A DNA stretch of 64,000 nt from Methanothermococcus sp. Ax23 (GCF_049075655.1 NZ_CP157522.1:256001-320000), one strand, 5' to 3'. Shown: positions 51,346-63,007, numbered from the stretch's first letter. Made by a program: numbers and translations. The notes: generated by a model from the sequence alone, not told the origin.

Positions 51346-52146
51346 TTATAATTCATCAATAAAAACTATTTCACTATTCCCATTTTCTTTAAGCCAATTG
51401 ATTAATTTTTCAGCATACTGCAACTTTTTTATTTTAATATCGTCTGCCTTTTCAATATCATTCTTTAAATAGGGTCTGGAATATTTGGTGGTATATTTTC
51501 CAAAGTCCATGCCACATAATATTATCATTTTAGCTCCAAAATGCTCTGCAAAAAAACAGCATCTATCCCCGTCTGTGAATCCACCGTAGTTTATAAGATA
51601 GAGAATATCCTTTGGAACCTGCGAGCTCCCAACAATATTTTTTAATTTTGGTGCGTATGTTTTTATATTATCTATATTATCGCCATGTGCATGAACTACA
51701 ACAACAGAACCTCTTTCATTGCTTTCAAATATTGAGTTTAAATCACCATCTAAATCCGAAACAATTATATCTGGAACAATATTTTCTTCTAAAAGTGCCT
51801 TTGTGGCACCATCTGCGGATATTATTATGAAATTTTTGTTTTTGTCATTATTATCATTATTATCTTCTTCATTATTATTTTCATTAACATTATTTTCAAT
51901 TAATTCTTTTACAATTTTAACATGCTTTTTTAAAGATGGTCCAGCTCCAAAAACATAAACATCTTTGTTTTTTATCAGTTCATCCATATTATTTAATGAA
52001 ATACTATTTTTCGTATCTTTTATTATATCACATAGCATTAAGGCACTTTCCAAATCATCCGCTTTACTAAATCCAAAATCATCCATAATTTCATTGTATA
52101 ATGGCTCCCATTCTCTTAATTCCATAGTATCATCTTTTTTTATCAT
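51346..52146 (-). CDS. mptE: 6-hydroxymethyl-7,8-dihydropterin pyrophosphokinase
   Basis: GAGPSL, SDLDG, HAHGDN and GGFTDGDR motifs. Confidence 0.9.
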   Translation of the reverse strand: MIKKDDTMELREWEPLYNEIMDDFGFSKADDLESALMLCDIIKDTKNSISLNNMDELIKNKDVYVFGAGPSLKKHVKIVKELIENNVNENNNEEDNNDNNDKNKNFIIISADGATKALLEENIVPDIIVSDLDGDLNSIFESNERGSVVVVHAHGDNIDNIKTYAPKLKNIVGSSQVPKDILYLINYGGFTDGDRCCFFAEHFGAKMIILCGMDFGKYTTKYSRPYLKNDIEKADDIKIKKLQYAEKLINWLKENGNSEIVFIDEL

Positions 52147-52198
52147 TAATATTTATTGAAATATTAATTGAGATATTATATTGGTGTGTTATATGTTA

Positions 52199-52915
52199 TT
52201 ATTTAATTATATGGATGGTCTCGTCCTTTGATTTTACAACAACATTTTTAATATATTCTTTTGCAATCTTCCCGAGCTCTACAAGTTCATTTGTTGTAGG
52301 TTCTCTCATTTGTTTATATTCCTCTTTCCAGGCATGTTCTCTGTCAAATTGCTGAATAGTGTATAAATCACAGCCCTTTACAGTTTTGGATATTTCTATT
52401 ATATCCTTCTCATCCATTAAATCAGGAATAAATGTTGTTCTACATTCAATAAAAACATTATTTTTTTTGCAGTAGTTTAGGAGCTCCGGTATATTTTTTC
52501 TTATCTCTTCCCCGTCGTAGTCAGTAATATTTTTGTATTTTTCAAAGGCACATTTTACATCAAGGGCAATATAATCTATTAATTTACCATCTATTAAATC
52601 CTTTACAACCTCAATATTTGTTCCATTTGTATCAAGTTTTACTGAAAAGCCCTCTTTTTTTGCAATCTTGCAGAGCTCCTTTAAATCGTCAGGTTGAAGT
52701 GTTGGCTCCCCTCCACTTATCACTATTGCCTCTGCAAACATTAAATCTATATTGTTAAATACTTCCTCAGGCGTCATCTCATATATATTTTCCATCATAT
52801 GTTCATAGTTATGACAGTATCCGCATTTCATATTGCAATCACTCATAAAAACAACGGCTGAGCATTTTTTTGGATAATCTATTGTTGATACATCTATAAT
52901 TCCAAAAACTTTCAT
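52199..52915 (-). CDS. Radical SAM activase (anaerobic RNR-activating family)
   Basis: CNMKCGYCHN, SGGEPT and KLDTNG motifs. Confidence 0.9.
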   Translation of the reverse strand: MKVFGIIDVSTIDYPKKCSAVVFMSDCNMKCGYCHNYEHMMENIYEMTPEEVFNNIDLMFAEAIVISGGEPTLQPDDLKELCKIAKKEGFSVKLDTNGTNIEVVKDLIDGKLIDYIALDVKCAFEKYKNITDYDGEEIRKNIPELLNYCKKNNVFIECRTTFIPDLMDEKDIIEISKTVKGCDLYTIQQFDREHAWKEEYKQMREPTTNELVELGKIAKEYIKNVVVKSKDETIHIIK

Positions 52916-53052
52916 ACTATCACATTTTTAATTCTTCAATTTTTATTAATATTTTTTATAAAGTATTATATTTCATTATTTTGCACTTATGGGATAAATA
53001 TATATTGTAGAGTAAGTTTAGTATAAATTAAAAATATATAAATGGTGGTTAA

Positions 53053-53865
53053 ATGGAGATAAAAATTCTTGTTGATGATATGGCGTATAAAAGATACTTT
53101 GCTCAGCATGGGCTCTCAATAATTATAAAAACAGACGATAAAAAAATATTATTTGATGTGGGTCAAAATCCATATACATTAAAGAAAAACTTAGAGCTCA
53201 TGGGTGAAGATGATAATTTTGATAGTATAGTTATAAGTCATGGGCATTATGACCATACCGATGGACTATCATACTTTATAGATAAAAAAAATAAAAACAA
53301 AAAATCCGATATAAACATTCCAATATATATTCATCCAGACGCTTTCCTCGATAGGTATTCTCAAAATAAAAGATACATAGGAATCGATAAGGATATAAAA
53401 GAATTTTTAAAGAATTATGAATATTTAAAATTGGTAAATGAACCGTATTTTGAAGATAATATGATAATATCTGGAAAGGTTGAAAGAAATAATCCCTATG
53501 AACCTGAAATATTTTATAAATCAATAGATGATAACAGCAGTAAAAATTTTGAAATTGACAATGTAAATGATGATATGTTTATTATCGTAGATGATGTAAT
53601 AATTACTGGATGCTCCCACAGCGGAATTATAAATGTAATAGAATATGCCAAAAAGATAAACAAAAATAAAATTAGGGGGGCTATTGGGGGCTTCCATTTG
53701 GTTGTGTCTTCAAATGAATATATAAACACGGTTTATGAATATCTAAAAAACAGCGATTTAGAGTTTATAATGCCCATACACTGCACAGGGTTCAATGCTA
53801 TGAATGTTTTAAGTGAGCTCGACAATTTTATTTACGGTCATGTTGGAAAAGTAATGGAATTATAA
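53053..53865 (+). CDS. Metallo-beta-lactamase-fold hydrolase
   Basis: SHGHYDH, GCSH, GGFH and HCTG motifs. Confidence 0.9.
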   Translation: MEIKILVDDMAYKRYFAQHGLSIIIKTDDKKILFDVGQNPYTLKKNLELMGEDDNFDSIVISHGHYDHTDGLSYFIDKKNKNKKSDINIPIYIHPDAFLDRYSQNKRYIGIDKDIKEFLKNYEYLKLVNEPYFEDNMIISGKVERNNPYEPEIFYKSIDDNSSKNFEIDNVNDDMFIIVDDVIITGCSHSGIINVIEYAKKINKNKIRGAIGGFHLVVSSNEYINTVYEYLKNSDLEFIMPIHCTGFNAMNVLSELDNFIYGHVGKVMEL

Positions 53866-53901
53866 TTAAAAATATAATAGGCTTGTGGAATATGTGAAAT
53901 T

Positions 53902-55143
53902 ATGGCATTTAAATCAAGAATATGTTCCCTATGCAAAGGAAGAAAGTTATTATGTGGTAAATCAAAATGTCCCATACTTGAAAAACTTAGGGTATTTGAT
54001 GATATAAAAAAGAAATTCGATAAAAAATTAAATAAAAATGAAGTATTTGGAGCTTCCCCTCCATCAATATTTGTTGGTGAATATATCTATCCAAATGTTA
54101 GGATAGCTCCCCTTGTCCCACCAATAGATGGAGATACCTCGTTTATGGACAGTCCCTTAAAATGGGAAAATAAATCCATAAAGGCAGTTATAAAATACCG
54201 CTCCATGCTTGTAATGGGTGAAACTAAACACATCAATGTGAATATGTGTAAAAATAGCAACGACATATCCAAGATATTAGAGTCAATACAGGAGCTCGCC
54301 ATGGCAGTAAAGCCTGTTGATAGCGAAATTATATTAAAACGCAAACCGTCATTTGACATAGTTCCAAGCGGTTTTGCCCCTCCAATATCTCCAAAAGGTG
54401 ATTTATTAAAATTCAATATAGCAGAAAATCCAAAAATACCTTCAAAAAGTGATTATATTGTAAATGATGAATTAAAAGCAGTAGATTCGATAATATCGTT
54501 ATACAATTATGGATTTGATGAATACTATATAGTAAAGCTTCTGTCAGCAGGTCTTTTGGGCATAAATAAAAAACTAGTTCCCACTAGGTGGAGCATCACA
54601 GGAGTTCAGGACACTATTGGAAGGTATTTAACAAAAAGGATAATTGATTATCCTTTAATAAATGACTATGAAGTTTATTACAGTGAATTTCTTGGAAATA
54701 GGTATGTCATATTGTTGATACCAGACTATTATGCCTATGAGCTCATGGAAGTTTGGGAAAAGGGAGCTCTCTTTGGGTGTGATAATCCACCAGTTTTGGG
54801 AGATTACGAAGATTTAAAAACAAAAGGATATGCAAAAGAGACCACCGGAGCATTTTATGCCGCTCGTCTAAGTGTTCTCGAATATCTAAATGAAAGGAAG
54901 AGACAAAGTAAAATTGTTGTATTTAGAGAAATTACCTCAGATTATTATGCACCAGTAGGAGTGTGGCAGGTAAGAACTGGTGTCAAAAAAAGTTTTAATG
55001 AAGTCTTTAAATTCAACACATTAGAAGGAGCTCTAAATAAAATTAATGAGTTATTAAATAATCCTCTTGAAAAATATAGGTTAAAAAGTAGGATATTAAC
55101 AAAAGACAGGCAAATGCGTATTGATGAATTTATATATTTATAA
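53902..55143 (+). CDS. nreA: Nre-family DNA repair protein
   Basis: N-terminal C..CKG...CG...CP, LVPTRWSIT and C-terminal PIP-like QMRIDEF. Confidence 0.9.
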   Translation: MAFKSRICSLCKGRKLLCGKSKCPILEKLRVFDDIKKKFDKKLNKNEVFGASPPSIFVGEYIYPNVRIAPLVPPIDGDTSFMDSPLKWENKSIKAVIKYRSMLVMGETKHINVNMCKNSNDISKILESIQELAMAVKPVDSEIILKRKPSFDIVPSGFAPPISPKGDLLKFNIAENPKIPSKSDYIVNDELKAVDSIISLYNYGFDEYYIVKLLSAGLLGINKKLVPTRWSITGVQDTIGRYLTKRIIDYPLINDYEVYYSEFLGNRYVILLIPDYYAYELMEVWEKGALFGCDNPPVLGDYEDLKTKGYAKETTGAFYAARLSVLEYLNERKRQSKIVVFREITSDYYAPVGVWQVRTGVKKSFNEVFKFNTLEGALNKINELLNNPLEKYRLKSRILTKDRQMRIDEFIYL

Positions 55144-55349
55144 TTTTTAAATAGTATGGGAGCTCCGGTTTTATATCTACTTTAAAAACTCTACAATGAT
55201 ATTAATCAAGAGTGTGCAAAAATAGTCCTGTTTGGTATCAACCACTTTTTAGTAGTCCTTTAAATTCTATGCAAGTATTTTATATAAAAGAGCAACAATT
55301 TAATTTAGGACTTAATAAAATAACTTCAAAATAGTCTTAAAAAGTATGA

Positions 55350-55434
55350 CGCGGAGGCCGAGATTTGAACTCGGGTTGGGCAAAGCCCAACGGGATTAGC
55401 AGTCCCGCGCCGTACCAGGCTGGGCCACCTCCGC
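55350..55434 (-). tRNA. tRNA-Ser(GCT)
   Basis: GCGGAGG...CCTCCGCG; anticodon loop CTGCTAA; long variable arm. Confidence 0.96.
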
Positions 55435-55446
55435 ATATTAACATAA

Positions 55447-56031
<585 letters not shown>

Positions 56032-56049
56032 TAAAATCTAATAATATTT

Positions 56050-56583
56050 TTATTTTCTTTGCATTTGTTTGATGTATTTAATTATTTCTTTTAGTTTTTT
56101 GTAGGCAGTTTCAAGGTCGTTATTATCCACATACATTTTTAATTCTGAAAACTGGGTTTCTATATATGGATTATATAAATCATTTTTAATAAGGTATTCT
56201 TTATATTCATACATTAATGAGGTGAGCTCCTCCATTTTCATTTCAGTTTTTATTTCATTTATCTCTTCCTTTACATTGGTAAATATTGTGCTCTTTGGTA
56301 GATTTAACATACTTGCTATTTTGTTTATCGAATACCCTTCTCTATATAATTCCAGTATTTCTTTTTTTATATCTTCATCTATCTTTTTACTCCTGCCCCT
56401 TTTATCGTTTTCCACTTCCACAATTATATGGTTCTTTCTCATAAATTCGATTTTATATGTCATCTTTGGACTGCTGTATATGCTGTTTGGCAGTTTGACT
56501 ATTACCATGTTATTTTTGGCACTTTCCACGAGCTCGTTTATTTCATCCCATCTTAAAAAATGGTGAAATTTTAATTCAATCAT
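56050..56583 (-). CDS. Resolvase-type HTH protein
   Basis: RGRSKKI...EGYSINKIASMLNLPKSTIF; aligns over its length with 34857-35369. Confidence 0.85.
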   Translation of the reverse strand: MIELKFHHFLRWDEINELVESAKNNMVIVKLPNSIYSSPKMTYKIEFMRKNHIIVEVENDKRGRSKKIDEDIKKEILELYREGYSINKIASMLNLPKSTIFTNVKEEINEIKTEMKMEELTSLMYEYKEYLIKNDLYNPYIETQFSELKMYVDNNDLETAYKKLKEIIKYIKQMQRK

Positions 56584-56768
56584 ATGAATACCTACATATC
56601 ATCTTTTTTTAAATTTTTTAAACTATATTTTTTATTATATATTTATTTATATTCATTATAGCTATAAATTTAAATAAATTGCTAAATATATTATTGTATT
56701 TTTTAGTGTAAATATTTACATACACACTTTAAAAAAATACCTATTTAGTTCAGAAATTTTTTACCAAT

Positions 56769-56795
56769 TGTTGCCTTATGTATCGTAAGGCAACA
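56769..56795. promoter_or_regulatory. Inverted repeat 10-7-10 (candidate recombinase core site or operator)
   Basis: TGTTGCCTTA-TGTATCG-TAAGGCAACA abutting the TATA box of the recombinase gene. Confidence 0.65.
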
Positions 56796-56837
56796 TTTTA
56801 TATATGAGCTCCATAATATACATATACTGGTGATAAT

Positions 56838-57452
56838 ATGGTGGAAATTAAATTAAATAAAAGAAATGATAGGTCGTGGGATAAAGGTTTGGATTTTGAT
56901 AACATATATCGTCTATTTGAAAGAGACATCGTGAAAATAAGGGAAAAACTAAACAATGGAATAGTTTATAAAAAAGACATTAAACGCCTTGCTTATTTAA
57001 CCATTGCCCTATTTCAACTTAGAAACGGATGCAGGATTGGAGAGGCAATTGAGGGCATGATTTTGATATGTAAAAATAACAATTTAAATTGGGACAAGCC
57101 TATTGAAGTTAGAGTTAAGGTAGAGAAAACAAAAAAAACAGTATCATACAGAGATATGGTTCTTCCATCAATCATTACCAAGCATGATGTAGAGCTCATA
57201 CGGGATGCAGTTTTAAATTTGGAAAATGCCAAAAGACCAAGAATGAGGATATACACTTGGTTAAAAAATCACTATGGAATAAATACACATTCTTTAAGGT
57301 ATGCATTTATTACCAAATATGCTGTAATGAACACATCACCACAATTAATTGCAAAAATGACAGGTCATGTGAATTTAAACCATATTATTACATATACGCA
57401 AGAGAAAGTGGCAAAACAAATGTTATATGATTTGGAAAAGCATATAAAATAA
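56838..57452 (+). CDS. Short tyrosine recombinase, catalytic domain only
   Basis: QLRNGCRIGEA, HSLRY and TGH......Y motifs. Confidence 0.88.
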   Translation: MVEIKLNKRNDRSWDKGLDFDNIYRLFERDIVKIREKLNNGIVYKKDIKRLAYLTIALFQLRNGCRIGEAIEGMILICKNNNLNWDKPIEVRVKVEKTKKTVSYRDMVLPSIITKHDVELIRDAVLNLENAKRPRMRIYTWLKNHYGINTHSLRYAFITKYAVMNTSPQLIAKMTGHVNLNHIITYTQEKVAKQMLYDLEKHIK

Positions 57453-57453
57453 A

Positions 57454-58677
57454 TTAAATATTCGGAATATAATTCCAAGAACCACTCACCAAACCTTTTT
57501 GGGACAACTGCCCGAGAGCTCTCAAAGTCTTCCTATCCAACACAGTGGGTTTTTGATTTTCAAAGTATGTGCCAGGTAATGGCATGAAGTAATGTGCATG
57601 AGCTCTTCCATTCTTTTTTATAATGTAGTGTAGGAGCTCCATGCTATCTTTTCTATGAAACTCATTTTCATTTGGGAATCCAAATATAAAATCAACCTTT
57701 GGTATTAAGTCGTAATCTCTGCATAAATCAACGGCATTTAACACATCATCCACAGTATGCCCTCGCCTTATATATCTCAACATCCCATCACTACCACTCT
57801 GAGCTCCGAAATGTAAAAACTTATTATCGCAGTATTTTACAACCAATTCAATTGTATCTTTTTGAATAAATTCAGGTCTAACCTCTGATGGAAATGTTCC
57901 AAAAAATAGCTTTCCTTTTCCTTCACTTAGTTTTTTTAATAGTTTTTCTAATTTTTCAATGTTTGGTTTTCGAAGCGAATCCGAAGGATTCGCTGACTTG
58001 CAAAAACTCGAAGAGTTTTTGCCAAGTGTTCCAGTTTTCGAGCCATAGCAAAAGGCATTTGGGCTTATTACTCGTGTATCTGTGTTGGGATTTGTAAGTT
58101 TTAAAATGCTTTCTATGCTTCTATGTCTTACATTGTTGCCGAATATTTGAGGCGTCTGACAAAATCTACATTTGTATGGGCATCCCCTCGTTATTTCAAC
58201 TGGTGTAAGTGGTTCAATCTTTTCAAATTCATCTAAATTGATTACTTGTTCTCCTATGATGATTTTTTCATTTAGTTCCTTTCTATCATTTTTATCGTCT
58301 TTATCATCTTTATTTTCGTCAAGTTCTTTTAATTTGTTTATTATTTTTGGCAGTGTAATCTCCCCCTCACCAACAACCACATAATCAAATCTCATTTTTA
58401 TAGTATCTTTTGGAGCTCCTGTTGGGTGAGCTCCTCCTGCAATCAAAATTGGTTTATTTGATTTAGTTAATTTTTTTAATTTATTTATTTCTTTTATTTC
58501 CTTTGCAATTTTACCCTTACTTAGTGTTGTAAATGAATAAATTAATATATCTAAATTATTATTTTTAATATTGTTAATTATTTCTTCAAAATTTTTAAAT
58601 AATTTTCCACCAATCAGTGGATACAATCGTGATATGCTGTATTTGTTTTTTGAAGTTAATCTAAATCCAATATCCAC
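57454..58677 (-). CDS. B12-binding/radical SAM protein (TIGR04013-like) with an in-frame hairpin insertion
   Basis: GGAHPT, EITRGCPYKCRFC and GTFPSEVRP motifs. Confidence 0.9.
   Translation of the reverse strand: MDIGFRLTSKNKYSISRLYPLIGGKLFKNFEEIINNIKNNNLDILIYSFTTLSKGKIAKEIKEINKLKKLTKSNKPILIAGGAHPTGAPKDTIKMRFDYVVVGEGEITLPKIINKLKELDENKDDKDDKNDRKELNEKIIIGEQVINLDEFEKIEPLTPVEITRGCPYKCRFCQTPQIFGNNVRHRSIESILKLTNPNTDTRVISPNAFCYGSKTGTLGKNSSSFCKSANPSDSLRKPNIEKLEKLLKKLSEGKGKLFFGTFPSEVRPEFIQKDTIELVVKYCDNKFLHFGAQSGSDGMLRYIRRGHTVDDVLNAVDLCRDYDLIPKVDFIFGFPNENEFHRKDSMELLHYIIKKNGRAHAHYFMPLPGTYFENQKPTVLDRKTLRALGQLSQKGLVSGSWNYIPNI
57970..58026. repeat. 57-bp double-hairpin repeat inside the CDS
   Basis: agcgaatcc-GAA-ggattcgct and gcaaaaactc-GAA-gagtttttgc. 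Confidence 0.88.
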
Positions 58678-58694
58678 AAAAACACCATTTTATC

Positions 58695-59103
58695 TGACCT
58701 ACTCCAACGAGTGAACTCGTTGGGTTCTCGCTTACGGTAGTAAGCGAGCAACGAAATCACGAAGTGATTTCGTCTAATTTTAGCAGGGTTTAACCCTACA
58801 TGGGTGGCCAAGCCCACTACCCCTATCTCCGTTTAGGAGATTCAGGGCTACGCTGTATCACTAAGATTACTCTATCAAAACAAACCACGATACCAACCAC
58901 TACCAGCGGTAGAGTTTTCACTAACCCTACCCATTAGAACTTGGACTGGTAGCGTTACTTACTATTAATCTTCACATATTTATATTTTACTACTTACTAG
59001 CCGATATAATGTCCGCCTCTCATCCAATCTCATAAGAGATTTTACAAAACTATGTTTTGTATAACGATTAAAATCGTTGGCTTTCTCGGCGGTTTATCGT
59101 AAA
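58695..59103. mobile_element. Non-coding structured element, probably a non-autonomous IS200/IS605 derivative with nested hairpin repeats
   Basis: GC-rich ORF-free intergenic tract with many hairpins; end cgcctctcatccaatctc-ataa-gagatt[..]ggctttctcggc resembles IS200/IS605 subterminal hairpins. Confidence 0.55.
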
Positions 59104-59167
59104 AAATAAAACAAAAAAAGATTTTTATAATTATTTTATATTATATGTTAAAAAATAAAAATTTAAA

Positions 59168-60172
59168 TTAACAAACTCTCGGGATAGGGTCGCCAATAGG
59201 AGTATCCACAATTCTTTTTCCAACTATTGTTTCCATAATTACCTTGTTGTGTTCAGATACAACTTCACCAATTATTTGGGCATTTTTACCTAATGGGTGA
59301 GCTCTTAAAACTTCCAATGCTCTTTCGGCATCCTCTTTTTTAACTGCCATTACAACCTTACCTTCATTTGCCACAGTCATGGGGTCAATACCAAGTGCAT
59401 CAGCTATTGACTGAACTTCATCACTGATAGGGATTTTTTCCTCATAAATGTTTATTCCTAAACCACTTTTTTCAGCCATTTCATTTAATGAGTCAGCGAG
59501 CCCTCCTCTAGTTGGGTCTTTCATAGCATGAACCTCTATACCTGCATCGAGAACCTTTTTTATAAGTTTATTCAGTGGTGCAACATCGGATTTTAAATTA
59601 GTTTCAAATTCAAACCCTTCTCTTGATAGGAGTATAGCCATACCATGTTCTCCAATATTTCCAGAGACAATGATTACATCTCCTTCTCTCATTCCTGAGT
59701 CTCTAATGGCCTTTCCTTTATCTACTATACCAATTCCAGCGGAGGATATTATTATATCATCAACATTTGACACCTTTGTATCTCCTGTAATTATCGGAGC
59801 TCCGGCTTCCTTACAAGTTTCGTTTATTGACTTCATTATTTTATCCAATTTTTCTATATCAAAACCTTCTGGAAGAACTATTGACAATGACAATGCAAGG
59901 GGTTCTGCTCCCATAACTGATAAATCGTTTATTGTTCCGCAGACGGAGAGTTTTCCTATGTCTCCGCCGGGGAAGAATATTGGATTAACAGTATGTCCAT
60001 CCACTGTAAAAACTATCTCTTTATCACCCAGTGGAATTGTGGCACCATCGTCTAAATCTTTTAATCCTATTCCGCCATTTACCGAAGTATTTTCTAAATT
60101 ATTTAATATGGTATTCTTAATTAAATCCTGCATAACTTTTCCGCCAGCACCGTGCATTCTTGTTATTTTCAT
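59168..60172 (-). CDS. hypE: Hydrogenase maturation protein HypE
   Basis: HGAGG, DPTRGG and ANEG motifs; C-terminal PRVC. Confidence 0.97.
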   Translation of the reverse strand: MKITRMHGAGGKVMQDLIKNTILNNLENTSVNGGIGLKDLDDGATIPLGDKEIVFTVDGHTVNPIFFPGGDIGKLSVCGTINDLSVMGAEPLALSLSIVLPEGFDIEKLDKIMKSINETCKEAGAPIITGDTKVSNVDDIIISSAGIGIVDKGKAIRDSGMREGDVIIVSGNIGEHGMAILLSREGFEFETNLKSDVAPLNKLIKKVLDAGIEVHAMKDPTRGGLADSLNEMAEKSGLGINIYEEKIPISDEVQSIADALGIDPMTVANEGKVVMAVKKEDAERALEVLRAHPLGKNAQIIGEVVSEHNKVIMETIVGKRIVDTPIGDPIPRVC

Positions 60173-60324
60173 AAAAAATCATCTCCTTTTGGTGAAATAA
60201 ATACCTTGCTATAACTTACTATAATACATCATTTGAAAATAAAAAAATTAAAAAAATAAGAATTAAAATAGTTTATAAGTATATGAATATAATATAAGGT
60301 TTAATTTAATATTTAATAGCTGCT

Positions 60325-60834
60325 TTATGATTTTTTTGATTTTAATATTTTGGAGCCCCTCATAAGTGCAGTTAATCCAGTTCTTGCCATTTCTTTAATG
60401 CCCAAAGGTTTGACCAAATCAATAAATGCATTAACCTTATCTACATCCCCCGTAATTTCTACGGTTAATGATTCAGAACTTAAATCTACAATTTTTCCCC
60501 TAAATATATTTGCATATTGTATTACTTGCGATTTACTGCTTTCAGTTGGTGCATAAACTTTAATAAGGCATAATTCTCTTTCTACACATTTTTTGTCATC
60601 TAAATCACTTACTTTAACGACTTCTACAAGTTTATTAAGCTGTTTTACAACCTGTTCAAGGACTTTGTCATCCCCCTTAACTACAATGGTCATTCTAGCT
60701 ATATTTGGAGAGTCTGTGGCACCAACTGTAATGCTTGAAATATTATACCATCTTCTTGTAAAAAGTCCGGCAATTCTTTGAAGCACCCCGGGATTATTTA
60801 AAACTAAAACTGAAATGATGTGAGTATGTTCCAT
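60325..60834 (-). CDS. ilvN: Acetolactate synthase small subunit
   Basis: ACT domain V.N.PGVL.RI.GLF.RR..NI.S; ARTG. Confidence 0.95.
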   Translation of the reverse strand: MEHTHIISVLVLNNPGVLQRIAGLFTRRWYNISSITVGATDSPNIARMTIVVKGDDKVLEQVVKQLNKLVEVVKVSDLDDKKCVERELCLIKVYAPTESSKSQVIQYANIFRGKIVDLSSESLTVEITGDVDKVNAFIDLVKPLGIKEMARTGLTALMRGSKILKSKKS

Positions 60835-60896
60835 AAAACCACCATTCTTCTGGTTAATAATAAGATAAATAAGTAGATATATAGATTTATAATTTA

Positions 60897-62726
60897 TTAA
60901 TTAGTGGTATTTGCAGTTTCAGACTCTGTCTGTTCGTTTAATTTTATATTTTCAGGAGTAGTTCCCTCCTTTTTAGTTAGATATCTTCTCTTTATCTCAT
61001 CGAAGCATATTACCTTTTCATTAGGATGTTCCCTAACAGGTTCGATAATATTTGTTAATTTACCTCCTGGCGGAACCATGGATAATGCCTCAGCAGGGTC
61101 AATAATGAAATCAAGCAAATAAGGCTCATCGCTAACTATTGCCTCCCTAAGTGCTTCTTTTATTTCACCAGGTTTTGATATTCTAAGGGCCTTTATGCCA
61201 AAGCTCTCTGCAAGTTTTACAAAGTCAGGCGTGTCTCCAAAATTAACACTACACTGTCTTTTTCCGTAGTATAGGTTCTGCCACTGATAAACCATTCCTA
61301 AGGTTCTGTTATCAAACAAACATATAACAACAGGTATCTGGTAATCTGCAATTGTTCCGAGCTCCTGACAATTCATCATGAATCCACCATCACCACTAAC
61401 ACAGATTACCTTGGAATCTGGTTTTGCTATTTTAGCACCAATTGCCGCAGGGAACCCAAAGCCCATTGTTCCTAAGCCACCAGATGATAAAAATGACCTT
61501 GGAGCACATGATTTAAAGTAATGTGCCATCCACATCTGGTTCTGCCCAACATCTGTGGTTATAATTGAATTTTTATTAAGATTTAAATCATTTATTACAT
61601 CCATTAGTTCTTTTACTATTCTTTGAGGTTTAATAGGGGTGTCATCATAATCCATCTTAGGAATACTTGATTTTTTCAAGGATGTAACATATTCCATCCA
61701 TTTTTCATTTGATTCAATATTTGTTTTAAGAAGGTGAATCATCAAATCCTTTAAAACGATTTTTGCATCTCCAACGATTGGAACTTCAACTTTAACATTT
61801 TTTCCAATTTCCGCAGGGTCTATATCAATGTGTATAATTTTTGCATGTGGTGCAAAGCTTTTTATGTCCCCAGTTATTCTATCCGAGAATCTGCATCCTA
61901 TTGCTATTAAAACATCGCTCTCAGATACGCAGTAGTTCGCGGCTTTTGTTCCATGCATACCAACCATTCCAAGTGCCAACGGGTGCTCCCCTGGGAAACT
62001 GCCTTTTCCCATTAATGTTGTGCATACTGGAATATTGGTGAGCTCCGCAAATTTCATGAGCTCATGTGTAGCATTTGCAATATTTACTCCACCACCTGCA
62101 ATTATTACAGGTTTTTCAGCTGTTGATATTAAATTAGCGGCTTTTTTAATCTGTCTTGGATGACCTATTGTGGTAGGTTTATATCCTACTAGATTTATTT
62201 TAGAAGGTATTGGATATTTAGCTAAGTCCAATTCCATTTCCTGAACATCTTTTGGTAAATCGATATGCACAGGCCCAGGTCTCCCTGTTTTTGCTATTTC
62301 AAATGCTGCCCTAAATGTTTCAGGGATTTCCTCAGTCCTGCGAATTTGGAAATTGTGCTTTACTATTGGCATAAAAAGTCCAAGTGCGTCAATTTCCTGG
62401 AATGCGTCATTTCCTATTAATTTTGTGGGAACCTGTCCCGTAAGGGCTACAACAGGGGAAGAATCTGCGTATGCCGTAGCTACACCAGTTACAAGATTGG
62501 TTGCACCAGGCCCCGAGGTTCCGATACATACTCCAACCTTTCCACTTGCCCTTGCATAACCATCTGCTGCATGAGCTGCTGCCTGTTCATGTCTTGTCAA
62601 TATGTGTATAAAATCGCTGTCATATAGTGCATCATAAAATGGTAATAATGCCCCGCCAGGATACCCAAAGAGAATATCAACTTTTTCTGCTTCAAGTGCT
62701 TTTATCATTGCTTCTGCTCCTTTCAT
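60897..62726 (-). CDS. ilvB: Acetolactate synthase large subunit
   Basis: [18 protein letters not shown] and GDGGF motifs. Confidence 0.97.
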   Translation of the reverse strand: MKGAEAMIKALEAEKVDILFGYPGGALLPFYDALYDSDFIHILTRHEQAAAHAADGYARASGKVGVCIGTSGPGATNLVTGVATAYADSSPVVALTGQVPTKLIGNDAFQEIDALGLFMPIVKHNFQIRRTEEIPETFRAAFEIAKTGRPGPVHIDLPKDVQEMELDLAKYPIPSKINLVGYKPTTIGHPRQIKKAANLISTAEKPVIIAGGGVNIANATHELMKFAELTNIPVCTTLMGKGSFPGEHPLALGMVGMHGTKAANYCVSESDVLIAIGCRFSDRITGDIKSFAPHAKIIHIDIDPAEIGKNVKVEVPIVGDAKIVLKDLMIHLLKTNIESNEKWMEYVTSLKKSSIPKMDYDDTPIKPQRIVKELMDVINDLNLNKNSIITTDVGQNQMWMAHYFKSCAPRSFLSSGGLGTMGFGFPAAIGAKIAKPDSKVICVSGDGGFMMNCQELGTIADYQIPVVICLFDNRTLGMVYQWQNLYYGKRQCSVNFGDTPDFVKLAESFGIKALRISKPGEIKEALREAIVSDEPYLLDFIIDPAEALSMVPPGGKLTNIIEPVREHPNEKVICFDEIKRRYLTKKEGTTPENIKLNEQTESETANTTN

Positions 62727-63007
62727 AAAACCACCAAAAAATATTAACAAAATCTTTTAGATTTTGCGGTTTAATTCGTTTGAAAAGATAATTTTGAGTA
62801 TTGATAATAATTAAATTAATATTATATAAATTTTGTCTATAACTTTTTTAACCAAAAATAAAAAAAGGAAATATTAGATATTATTAATATTTACAATTTT
62901 TTGCTTATCGTAGTGAAACGGAGAGCTACAACTCGAAGTTCTGTTCAATTGAGGTAAAATGGGAGTATTGAATCAAGATTTCGTCTAATTGATTGTTATT
63001 TAAGTTA

